Source: a bacterium (GTDB lineage: Bacteria; Patescibacteriota; Minisyncoccia; Phycocordibacterales; Phycocordibacteraceae). From it: a stretch of 64,000 bases of DNA. Every line of letters starts with the position of its first letter. The first letter of the stretch is position 1. Under the pieces are notes generated by a model. The model did not search any database, was not told the origin of the DNA, and worked only from the letters and a program-made list of their open reading frames with translations. A program made the position numbers and the translations under genes. This document shows, in pieces, positions 56,633-64,000 of the stretch. The stretch lies in NCBI GenBank assembly GCA_021849125.1, contig JAJZTG010000003.1:2133-66132 (forward strand), read 5' to 3'.

Positions 56633-57876
56633 ACAAACAAACATTCGTAAGCGTCGCAACGACAATACTTGCTGCCGGGGCATTTCTTGTGCCGCTTTCT
56701 GCAGGCGCACAACCTGCTGTACAACCTTTAGCAAGTGTTACGAACCTCCACATCATCGCGCAAGACTCACAGACACTCCAAATAGCTCTTGATGTTTCTG
56801 TGGGGGAAGGATCTACGCAGCAAGATCTTCAAGTCGGTCTCAAAGCCTTCGTGCAAGGCTCAAAGACCGCCGATACCGCTCTCGTTGAATCGACGGTCGA
56901 TGACTCGCTGTTCACTGTGTCGGCAAATAAGATTGTCCACCGGGATATCGCCTATGCTATCAGCGATCTTCCAGATGGGGATTACTATGTGCTTCCAGTC
57001 GTATATCGAAATGGCAACATAATCGCCGTTGGCAAACAGGTTCCTTTTACTGTTACCGGTTCGGAAAAGTCATTACTTATACTGCGCGATACCTGCATGC
57101 TCTTCACGAAGGATGGGTATGCGCACAGCCTGGGAGAAAATGTCCCGGTAGAAGCAGGGCAACCGCCACTGCTATCCTGTTCTGTCCGCAACATGTCTAA
57201 ATTGGCCGTCAGCGCTTTCCCTGTATTTTGGGCGCAGGAAGCTACATTTAACGGGAGGAATCTTGCGGTGGTCCAGCAAGACCTTCAGTACGTAAACTGG
57301 AATCCCGGAGAACAGAAAGCAGTACTTCTCAATACCCCACCGATAGGAGAATCGAAGCAATACGACACGTATGCCCTAACCGTGCATTTTTCCGGCCAGA
57401 AGGGAACTTCGGTTTCAGGGCCGATCCGTCTTTTGTATGGGATTAAAGGTGGGGAAGTCTCTGTCGCGCAGGCAGTTTTTGACAAGTCATCGTACATGAA
57501 AGGCGATACGATACGGGTGTCTGGAAATGTGCACGTAGATGGAGAAACGCCGCCAGAAGGAACATTTGCGGTTACTGCAGTTGTGCATAGTGCCGGAGAG
57601 ATCTGTGCTTCCTCGTCGTCTACCCCTCTTAAAGTAAGCAGACTATCCTCTCGGTTCAGCCTAACAGTTACAGCACAATCTGATTGTCAGAATCCCGAAG
57701 GTGCCGTGCTCATTACAGGGAACGGAAGAGTAACCGCGAGCGCGCCGATCAGTCTGACTGCGGGGTGGAGGAGTGACAGTTCGTTCACGGGTCGTATCTT
57801 GCTTGCGGCGGGGGTTGTCGCCGTTCTACTCCTCGTAGTATTTCGAAAGCGTATGATAATCAAGGAAAAAATATGA
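56623..57876 (+). CDS. secreted protein with C-terminal TM anchor (paralog of 58907 gene)
   Basis: Signal peptide ...LVPLSAGAQPA. C-terminal TM helix LLAAGVVAVLLLVVF then a basic tail. Shares DKSSYMKGDTIRVSGNV with the EKSRYERGDTAYVSLLW segment of the paralog. Confidence 0.55.
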   Translation: MQLNKQTFVSVATTILAAGAFLVPLSAGAQPAVQPLASVTNLHIIAQDSQTLQIALDVSVGEGSTQQDLQVGLKAFVQGSKTADTALVESTVDDSLFTVSANKIVHRDIAYAISDLPDGDYYVLPVVYRNGNIIAVGKQVPFTVTGSEKSLLILRDTCMLFTKDGYAHSLGENVPVEAGQPPLLSCSVRNMSKLAVSAFPVFWAQEATFNGRNLAVVQQDLQYVNWNPGEQKAVLLNTPPIGESKQYDTYALTVHFSGQKGTSVSGPIRLLYGIKGGEVSVAQAVFDKSSYMKGDTIRVSGNVHVDGETPPEGTFAVTAVVHSAGEICASSSSTPLKVSRLSSRFSLTVTAQSDCQNPEGAVLITGNGRVTASAPISLTAGWRSDSSFTGRILLAAGVVAVLLLVVFRKRMIIKEKI

Positions 57877-58838
57877 AAACAACCCTTCAAACAGGACTCG
57901 CTCTCGTTCTTCTAGGAGTGTTCCTGGTATCAGCTCCTGCGGCGTATGCGGTTGCACCAGCGGCTACGCTTACGGGCCCAGATATTACCAGCCCTATTGC
58001 ACCTGGGACTCCGATCATCCTACTTGGTCAATGCACGAATACGACGAGTGCTTACCTTAGTAACTATGGAAGCCTTACGCTTACTTCCGGAGGAGGATTC
58101 AGCGCAGGTGTCGTCCCGCAGATTACGACGACTTACACGCTTACCTGTACCGGATCGGATGGGACAGCAACGGCAAGTTTTACAGTGCCGGTCGCAAGTT
58201 CTACATCCCAGCCGACCGCCGCAATGACTGTTCCGAGCGCACCGATTGATGCAAGTAATAGCGCGGTCTCCATATCTTGGCAGTGCACGAACTCGACAGC
58301 AGCTTTCATTACGAATGTCGGGGCAGTCTCTCTCTCGGGCCAACAGACTGTTGCGATAACTCCTCCTCAGACATTCACGCTCACCTGCACGGGTTCGGGG
58401 GGGACTGCCACGGCAAGCGGGACAGTGTACCCATGGCCGACGAGTTCCTCGGGAGTGACGAATCCGTCTATCGCGTTTGACGTGTCGCCCTCGACCATAA
58501 GTCCTGGGCAAAGTATTTCGGTCACGTGGGCCTGCTCCAATGCAACGAGCGCTTTGGTGAATGGTTCGGGGCTCGGTAGCGGCTGGACAAGTCTGAACGG
58601 GTCCACGACTGTACAACCGACAGTTTCGGTCGGAGATGTCCTTTTCTACCATGCTGGCTGCTACGCAACGAATCCGCAGACAGGAGGGACACTTTCGGCG
58701 CTTGATAATCGGTATGTGTACGTTGTCGCTCCCACGGTAACACCTCCGCCGAGTACACCAGGGTCGGTCACCTCCTCGATCACCGTCACGGTCTCGAAGC
58801 AGAAGCCCGGCATCAACCTCTACTTCACCTCGCCATAG
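57873..58838 (+). CDS. secreted Ig-like repeat protein ending in conserved tail TVTVSKQKPGINLYFTSP
   Basis: Signal peptide ...APAAYA. Repeated ISWQCTN.T...TFTLTCTGSGGTATASGTV domains. C-terminal 18 aa identical to those of the 60172 gene. Confidence 0.6.
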   Translation: MKTTLQTGLALVLLGVFLVSAPAAYAVAPAATLTGPDITSPIAPGTPIILLGQCTNTTSAYLSNYGSLTLTSGGGFSAGVVPQITTTYTLTCTGSDGTATASFTVPVASSTSQPTAAMTVPSAPIDASNSAVSISWQCTNSTAAFITNVGAVSLSGQQTVAITPPQTFTLTCTGSGGTATASGTVYPWPTSSSGVTNPSIAFDVSPSTISPGQSISVTWACSNATSALVNGSGLGSGWTSLNGSTTVQPTVSVGDVLFYHAGCYATNPQTGGTLSALDNRYVYVVAPTVTPPPSTPGSVTSSITVTVSKQKPGINLYFTSP

Positions 58839-58906
58839 GGAACAATTCGCGCTTTTGTTGATAATCGTTTCGGGAGTTTTTTAAAATCGGAGTATACTTC
58901 AGGTAT

Positions 58907-60175
58907 ATGAAATCCCGGCTCCTCATAACTTTCATTCTCGCCCTCTTACCGCTTTCGGCAGGGGCGCAGACGGCACAAGTCATCGCGGACGTTTCGCTGC
59001 AAGACTGTTCGTACACGCAAACGGGCGGACAGTTCGGCGTAAGCTGCTCGATAACCAACCGCTTTAAGGATCAGGGCGATATTCGCTATGCGGTTGAGCT
59101 CTTGAAGCGTACGGCGAGTTCGACAGTCGAAGTGGCGGACATGAAGGTTTATGATCCCGTCCTCTCACTCCGAGCTGAAGAAACCGTTTCCATCAAAGCA
59201 GACTACACGGCACCCGCATTCTTCTCGGGGAAGTATGAGCTCTGGATCGTCTCGAAGACCTCAGACGGTCTTGGGCTTTCTTCGCAGCAGCTCGGTACTG
59301 TTTCGCTCAAAGCGACCGATGTTTCGTATCTGGAAGTGAAGGACTGTGTTTTGTATGTCGCAGGAGAACCGGCTGCAAAGACGTATGTGCTTGGTCAGGG
59401 CGTAGATATAAATCCGGACGAGATTCTTGAGGGTTCTTGCACGGTTACTGCGCATACGACACAGGATATGTCTGTAACGCCTTCCTTTGCCACGCATGCG
59501 CAGAGCGTTTTCGGTACAGTGGTGCCTGAAGCGAGCGGTGCGCAGCCGGCAATTTCTTTCAAGAGAGGGGAGACAAAGACGTACGCGTTTACGGTTCCGA
59601 AATCCGTGACGCCGCAGGCGTACGATGCTCTGCTTACTTTCAGAGCAGGCGATGCAGCGCTCTCAAGCCCGATCGATATCCGTTATATCGTGCGCGGTCC
59701 GAGCGCGGTCATTCAGAGTGTTCTTCTCGAAAAGAGCCGCTACGAACGGGGAGACACCGCCTACGTCTCACTTTTGTGGAGCGGCTCGACGATTCTCGGC
59801 GGTGGGGTGCGCAAAGGGCCGCTCGCCGACACGGTTGCAAAGGTCGCTCTGTCGCTGAGCGACGAAAACGGTACAGCGTGCGCGGATGACACGACCTTCA
59901 CCATCGCAGCGAACGCGCCGGAACGTCACCAACTCACCGCCTATCCACTCAAGGTGAACCGTTTCTGTCTGAGTCCTCGTGTGACCGTAAAGTTCCTCGA
60001 CGCCTCAGGAGCAACACTTACGGAAAAGACGATCGCATTCGAGGGCGAACGTCTTGCCGGCGATGCGTTCCGCGTATTCCTTAGTGCCTACGGATGGTAC
60101 ATCGTCGCTGGCCTCATCGTCATCCTTGCGCTTGTCGGGGGTATACTTAAGAATCGTAAGTCCATAGCGGTATGA
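58907..60175 (+). CDS. secreted protein with C-terminal TM anchor (paralog of 56623 gene)
   Basis: Signal peptide ...LLPLSAGAQTA. C-terminal TM helix WYIVAGLIVILALVGGIL then KNRK. -10 TATACT at 58893. Confidence 0.55.
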   Translation: MKSRLLITFILALLPLSAGAQTAQVIADVSLQDCSYTQTGGQFGVSCSITNRFKDQGDIRYAVELLKRTASSTVEVADMKVYDPVLSLRAEETVSIKADYTAPAFFSGKYELWIVSKTSDGLGLSSQQLGTVSLKATDVSYLEVKDCVLYVAGEPAAKTYVLGQGVDINPDEILEGSCTVTAHTTQDMSVTPSFATHAQSVFGTVVPEASGAQPAISFKRGETKTYAFTVPKSVTPQAYDALLTFRAGDAALSSPIDIRYIVRGPSAVIQSVLLEKSRYERGDTAYVSLLWSGSTILGGGVRKGPLADTVAKVALSLSDENGTACADDTTFTIAANAPERHQLTAYPLKVNRFCLSPRVTVKFLDASGATLTEKTIAFEGERLAGDAFRVFLSAYGWYIVAGLIVILALVGGILKNRKSIAV

Positions 60176-60975
60176 AATCAAAACTCTCTCTCCTCGTCGG
60201 GTTTCTAGTCTTCGTTTCGGCGGCTCCGCTAGCTCACGCAACAACTTTTTCGGTCCCGTATACGTACCAACTTGATTATCTGGGTACTGGAGTTCTGCAA
60301 ACGTACAATACGAGTTTCGTGTTCGAAGCAAGTCTCGATAAGCAGGTGTATACACCTGGTGAGCGTATCTGGACACGCACCAACGTGATTAGTACGGGGA
60401 GCCCAAAAACGGGACAGAATTGGACTCAGAATATTCCGCCCTATGTGTTCCAAGATCGGTGTGGTGATCTAAGTCAGTCAACATCTGTTGTTTATGATTC
60501 AGGGTATCCGCCATTTATCGCAGGAGTAAAGGCAACCAATGTCTCGATGATATACCCTCTGTGCTCTCAAGTACTTACGCTCGACCATGTCATGGGTGCT
60601 AGTTGGGAAGGATATTATCCGAGTCTGTGGTTGTATGCTGAATCGTACGCAACGACCAATAGTATCAAGCTTTTTGCTGGTCTTGGTCCAAGCTCTATTT
60701 CCATGACGGAAGTAGGTAGTCTTCCATACTGCGTTTCCACCACTGGTTCATGTCCAGGTAGTACCCAAGGATGCGCCACGACCAAGGGCCAGGCATGCAC
60801 CTCGGCTCCAAACGCCTGTGGGGAAAGTACGACCGGCACTATCGCTTGCGACGGCTCCTGTAGTGCCATAACACCTGCAAACACGTGTCCGAATCCTGGA
60901 GGAGTCACGTCTTCTGTTACGGTCACCGTCTCGAAGCAGAAGCCGGGTATCAATCTCTATTTCACTTCGCCGTAG
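60172..60975 (+). CDS. secreted protein ending in conserved tail TVTVSKQKPGINLYFTSP
   Basis: Signal peptide ...APLAHA. Cys-rich C-terminal part. The final 18 aa are identical to those of the 57873 gene. The nucleotide sequences are only ~80% identical, so the protein sequence is under selection. Confidence 0.6.
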   Translation: MKSKLSLLVGFLVFVSAAPLAHATTFSVPYTYQLDYLGTGVLQTYNTSFVFEASLDKQVYTPGERIWTRTNVISTGSPKTGQNWTQNIPPYVFQDRCGDLSQSTSVVYDSGYPPFIAGVKATNVSMIYPLCSQVLTLDHVMGASWEGYYPSLWLYAESYATTNSIKLFAGLGPSSISMTEVGSLPYCVSTTGSCPGSTQGCATTKGQACTSAPNACGESTTGTIACDGSCSAITPANTCPNPGGVTSSVTVTVSKQKPGINLYFTSP

Positions 60976-60998
60976 GTTTCCACAAGACAGGGAAGAGA

Positions 60999-61040
60999 AA
61001 CGAAAAGAACAAGGTCAGACCTTGTTCTTTTCGTTTTTGT
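60999..61040 (+). terminator. rho-independent terminator (19-bp perfect stem)
   Basis: AAACGAAAAGAACAAGGTC-A-GACCTTGTTCTTTTCGTTT followed by TTG. The stem core AAGGTCAGACCTT resembles the REP core. Confidence 0.75.
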
Positions 61041-61064
61041 GGAAGTCCGACTTTCACATCTGAA
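61041..61064. repeat. REP-like imperfect palindrome GGAAGTCCGACTTTCACATCTG
   Basis: Shares 20 bp (AAGTCCGACTTTCACATCTG) with the palindrome at 8364..8398. Confidence 0.55.
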
Positions 61065-61112
61065 CGAAGAAAGCGTAACCCCGGAAGTCTTGGTTCTTGG
61101 GGAAAGGGGCTT

Positions 61113-61142
61113 GACAAAAATGCTACTATTGTAGTAGTATTT
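61113..61142 (+). promoter_or_regulatory. sigma70-like promoter TTGACA-18-TAGTAT
   Basis: TTGACAAAAATGCTACTATTGTAGTAGTAT. About 100-nt leader with AAAGGGAG 8 nt before the ATG at 61240. Confidence 0.45.
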
Positions 61143-61239
61143 ATCACAGGAAAGCGTGCAAATAGGCCCTAAAAGCCTTTGAGCGCGCGCCAAAAGTTCT
61201 CTGAAACCAACGCCCGAAGGGGCAGAAAGGGAGTTCATC

Positions 61240-62217
61240 ATGAACGCCAAAATCTTTGCCACCTTGGTGGCGATTGTCATGTCAATCGGCATCTTGCCCG
61301 CAAAGGCTGGTGTCGAGCTCAATCAAGTATCCACGGCGGGCATCTCTGTAAAGATCACTCCGCTTGCAAGCGAGAGTGGTACACAGAAGGTCTACATGGG
61401 TGCTTTCTTACCCGTTACGCCTGGTTCGGTGGATGGCAAGTGGTATCTGCGCGACACAGCTGGTAACTGGCTCTTCTATCAAGGGGGTCCGTTGCCGGTG
61501 GCGCTCAATATGCCTCTGCCTCCTCCATCGAACACCCCGTACTATGTAGCTTCGATTGCCGATATCGACATTTCGGCACTCGAAGGCTTGCAGGTGTGGG
61601 TCGCCTACGGCGCGTCGGAACAAGCCGCGCTTGCCGATGCCCAGCACGTGCAGAAGATCTATACCGTGCCGAGCAAGAAAGTCCTGCATTATACGGAAAA
61701 GGTGTATGCGCTATGGCCTGGGTACCCTGCTGCAGTGACTCAAAGCGGTGTAGCGAAGGTGACGAACCTTACGCCGTACACCACAGGCGCTCTCCCGCTC
61801 TTCAATTGCTGGATGGCTGAAAAGCCGCTTGCGGACGGCAAGGTGCTCGTCAATTGCCAGGACGCGGTGACGCTCAATCGCCACCTGTTGTACTTGGATC
61901 CGACCATCGATGCGCTCTATGAGTACGAAACGGCACCTCAAGTGTGGGATCCGACCGTCATCAACGGCAAGACCTGCGGCTGGTGCAGCATCGTCAATTA
62001 TCCGGCAGGCACGGTCTGGCAGGACTTTGGCAATCACAACCCCGCCAATCCCGCTTCTTGGGGTATGGAGGTGCGCGTGTCAGGCGGCTGGTACTTTACC
62101 AGCACCAATCGGCTGACCCTCAGCTTCCAACCCGACCAAGGTGGCGCAACAGTCATCAAGGCTGCGGATTATTCGACTGAGGGTACTTTCCACCTCCTGA
62201 TGACCTACTCGAACTGA
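61240..62217 (+). CDS. secreted hypothetical protein
   Basis: Signal peptide MNAKIFATLVAIVMSIGILPAKA. 325 aa with no recognisable motif. Confidence 0.5.
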   Translation: MNAKIFATLVAIVMSIGILPAKAGVELNQVSTAGISVKITPLASESGTQKVYMGAFLPVTPGSVDGKWYLRDTAGNWLFYQGGPLPVALNMPLPPPSNTPYYVASIADIDISALEGLQVWVAYGASEQAALADAQHVQKIYTVPSKKVLHYTEKVYALWPGYPAAVTQSGVAKVTNLTPYTTGALPLFNCWMAEKPLADGKVLVNCQDAVTLNRHLLYLDPTIDALYEYETAPQVWDPTVINGKTCGWCSIVNYPAGTVWQDFGNHNPANPASWGMEVRVSGGWYFTSTNRLTLSFQPDQGGATVIKAADYSTEGTFHLLMTYSN

Positions 62218-62304
62218 GCTAGCGTCTGCGGTCGTACAGAGCCTATCAACACTACGGTGTTCGATAGGCTCTTTTCTTTTACGCTTGGGTATATACTTGA
62301 ATAC

Positions 62305-63162
62305 ATGAATCTACGCACTATTTCCTTGAGCGTGCTCGCCCTGCTTTTTGTCGCTGGGATGTTTTCATACCACACGGATTCAGTTTCAGCAGGAGTATCG
62401 GTCACTGTGCCGCAAGGGAGTCCAGTGACGCTCCACTGGGTAATGACTGGCGGCGTAACTAGCTGTCAGGGCGATACCGACTACACCGATGCATCTATTG
62501 CGAATACATGGGTGTCTACTATCCATCGTGATGCCGATGTCCCATTTTCATTTACAGCAAATGAGGGGACCGGCACTTACCATTTTTCTTGTACAGACCC
62601 AATTACCGGAGGCACGAATGACGCGACAACACTCACCATCGTCGCGCCGTGTGGAGCAGGGACAGTCTGGAATGGTGCAACGTGCGTGCCTTCGGCACCG
62701 GCAGCCGGAACGCCTGGGGGAACACCATCAGCGGCGTGTACGCTCCCGTGGGGTGGCGTTATACAGAGCGGCGAGTCGGTTACGGCGTACCAGACCTCTT
62801 CGGTCGCTTCGCCAGCAACTTGCCAAGTACCCACAGCAGAGACGCGCACCTGTTTGAGCGGTGTCTTAAGCGGCAGCTATCAGTACCAGACCTGTACGGT
62901 GCAGGGTGGCCCTGCAACGGCATCCATAAGCGCTAGTCCGACCCGCGTCCGCTCTGGCGCCTCCTCGACCATCACCTGGAACGCCTCCGGCGTGACGAGC
63001 TGTACGGTCTCGGGACCGGGCCTCTCGGCAAGCACGAAAACCGGTTCGCAGCCAGTCACCATCACCCAGCAGTCGCTCTACACCCTCACGTGCCAGACGA
63101 GCGGCAACCCGGTCACCCAGACCGCGATCGTGAACGTCGTCCCGGGCTTCCAAGAATTCTAG
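62305..63162 (+). CDS. secreted Ig-like repeat protein (same Trp-Cys domain family as 55511/57873)
   Basis: Signal peptide MNLRTISLSVLALLFVAGMFSYHTDSVSA. Domains VTLHWVMTGGVTSCQGD...TYHFSCTD and ITWNASGVTSCTVSG...SLYTLTCQTSG. -10 TATACT at 62292. Confidence 0.55.
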   Translation: MNLRTISLSVLALLFVAGMFSYHTDSVSAGVSVTVPQGSPVTLHWVMTGGVTSCQGDTDYTDASIANTWVSTIHRDADVPFSFTANEGTGTYHFSCTDPITGGTNDATTLTIVAPCGAGTVWNGATCVPSAPAAGTPGGTPSAACTLPWGGVIQSGESVTAYQTSSVASPATCQVPTAETRTCLSGVLSGSYQYQTCTVQGGPATASISASPTRVRSGASSTITWNASGVTSCTVSGPGLSASTKTGSQPVTITQQSLYTLTCQTSGNPVTQTAIVNVVPGFQEF

Positions 63163-63314
63163 ACATACGAGGCTCTGCTCTCCTACACCAAAGAGTCGGA
63201 CGGGAGCGATTTCTTTAGCGTGCCACCTTCCCAGTGTTCTTAATCAAGAATGTGAGGAATAAAAATGGAGCCACAGCAAGAGGCTGTCGAGGCTCCATAG
63301 GATAAAAGATCTTC

Positions 63315-63815
63315 TTAGGCCGTCCGTGCGACCAGTTCCACGTAATCACAACGCACGCAGCTGATCGAGCTTGCTTTCAGCTTGCCTTGCTTTGCCAAAT
63401 GAACCCAGTGCTTGAGTTCTGGATGGAGAAGGTCGCCGTAAGTTGTCTGCAGAAGATCGATCGTGTATTCGATGCTGCCGCGCTTTTCTGCCTCTGCCGC
63501 CAGTTTAGAATCCAACGGGTTGTGATTGATGAATTTGCCGACGTGTTGGTTGCAAAAAGACGCGTAGTACTCGGTATTCAACACAAAGGCATGGAAAGCC
63601 CTGTCAACCGGACCGTGGAACATGACATAAGGTTTGTCATGTCGAGAGTGATTGGCGACAAGGAACCACTGCAGGAACGCCTCAACGAGTATCCTCGCCC
63701 GGGTTTCTGATTTGACCCAGCGCTCGCGCATCATGGTCATGATGATCGGCTGGAAGTCAGAGCTGTTCACTACCGTTTCCCACTTCTTCAGCGGGATGGA
63801 ATCAACGATATCCAT
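63315..63815 (-). CDS. hypothetical protein (lower-GC gene with canonical SD)
   Basis: 166 aa with no recognisable motif. Preceded on its own strand by AGGAGG plus a 6-nt spacer. GC content is visibly lower than the rest of the window. Confidence 0.4.
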   Translation of the reverse strand: MDIVDSIPLKKWETVVNSSDFQPIIMTMMRERWVKSETRARILVEAFLQWFLVANHSRHDKPYVMFHGPVDRAFHAFVLNTEYYASFCNQHVGKFINHNPLDSKLAAEAEKRGSIEYTIDLLQTTYGDLLHPELKHWVHLAKQGKLKASSISCVRCDYVELVARTA

Positions 63816-64000
63816 TTGAACCTCCTAATCTAAAAGGTACAGCACATGCCCGCGGAATTGCGAACAGTCATATTAAATTATATTTTTTAAAAAACGACAA
63901 GCTTAATCGATTTCCTTGCTCATTTTCAGGTGAGTTGTTTCAAAACCTTCTTTCCTCCAGAAAAGAACCGCCTCAGCGTTCCTCAGGTCTACTTGCAGAC

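Noticed and set aside
1-64000. CRISPR arrays, rRNA and tRNA genes
   Set aside because: No direct-repeat/spacer periodicity was seen. No tRNA T-loop/acceptor patterns or rRNA-like conserved stretches were recognised by eye. All sizeable intergenic regions are explained by promoters, terminators or REP-like elements.

Overview
High-GC (~58-60%) bacterial chromosomal segment with very short intergenic spacers and a split transketolase. It may come from a Patescibacteria/CPR-like lineage, but this is inferred, not established. The window reads as five blocks. (1) 1-5 kb: peptidoglycan genes murD-murI-murC, an M15 D,D-carboxypeptidase, rsmI and a frameshifted GIY-YIG nuclease. (2) 5-8 kb: an AAA_10/TraG-like P-loop ATPase with a proline-rich tail, followed by a surface protein built from FlgD-Ig, PKD and lamin-tail-like domains. 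(3) 8.4-26 kb: a ~17 kb surface-glycan locus. It holds a UXS-like decarboxylase, a truncated UDP-sugar dehydrogenase, five glycosyltransferases, four methyltransferases, a deacetylase, an acetyltransferase, acetyl-CoA synthetase, a flippase and a Wzy_C/O-antigen-ligase-like protein carrying a TPR domain. (4) 26-33 kb: housekeeping genes murB, a 47-aa lysine-rich histone-like gene missed by the ORF track, secA, obg and gatB. (5) 32.6-43.8 kb: the most unusual part. Two adjacent proteins each begin with an excisionase-type HTH (HTH_17) domain followed by a transmembrane helix. The second is a 3235-aa giant fibre with 17-residue NTTG beta-solenoid repeats, a 98.8 %-identical 417-bp tandem duplication, two tandem Peptidase_S74 intramolecular-chaperone domains and two DUF5011 Ig domains. 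Downstream lie a NYN-domain gene, gene debris, and a REP-associated tyrosine transposase (RAYT) flanked by, and interrupted in-frame by, REP palindromes. Next come gap, a ~190-bp hairpin element, rpiB, rpe, and split transketolase halves separated by a higB/higA-like toxin-antitoxin insertion. Then a PfkB kinase, class I FBA and L25. The window ends with an operon-like run of nine same-strand secreted proteins (53-63 kb). Several share a Trp/Cys Ig-like domain, and two non-adjacent members end in the identical tail TVTVSKQKPGINLYFTSP, a candidate novel C-terminal sorting or assembly tag. Many genes carry an extended -10 box (TGnTAYACT) only 7-20 nt upstream of ATG with no SD, suggesting leaderless or short-leader transcription. 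No rRNA, tRNA or CRISPR arrays were detected by eye.
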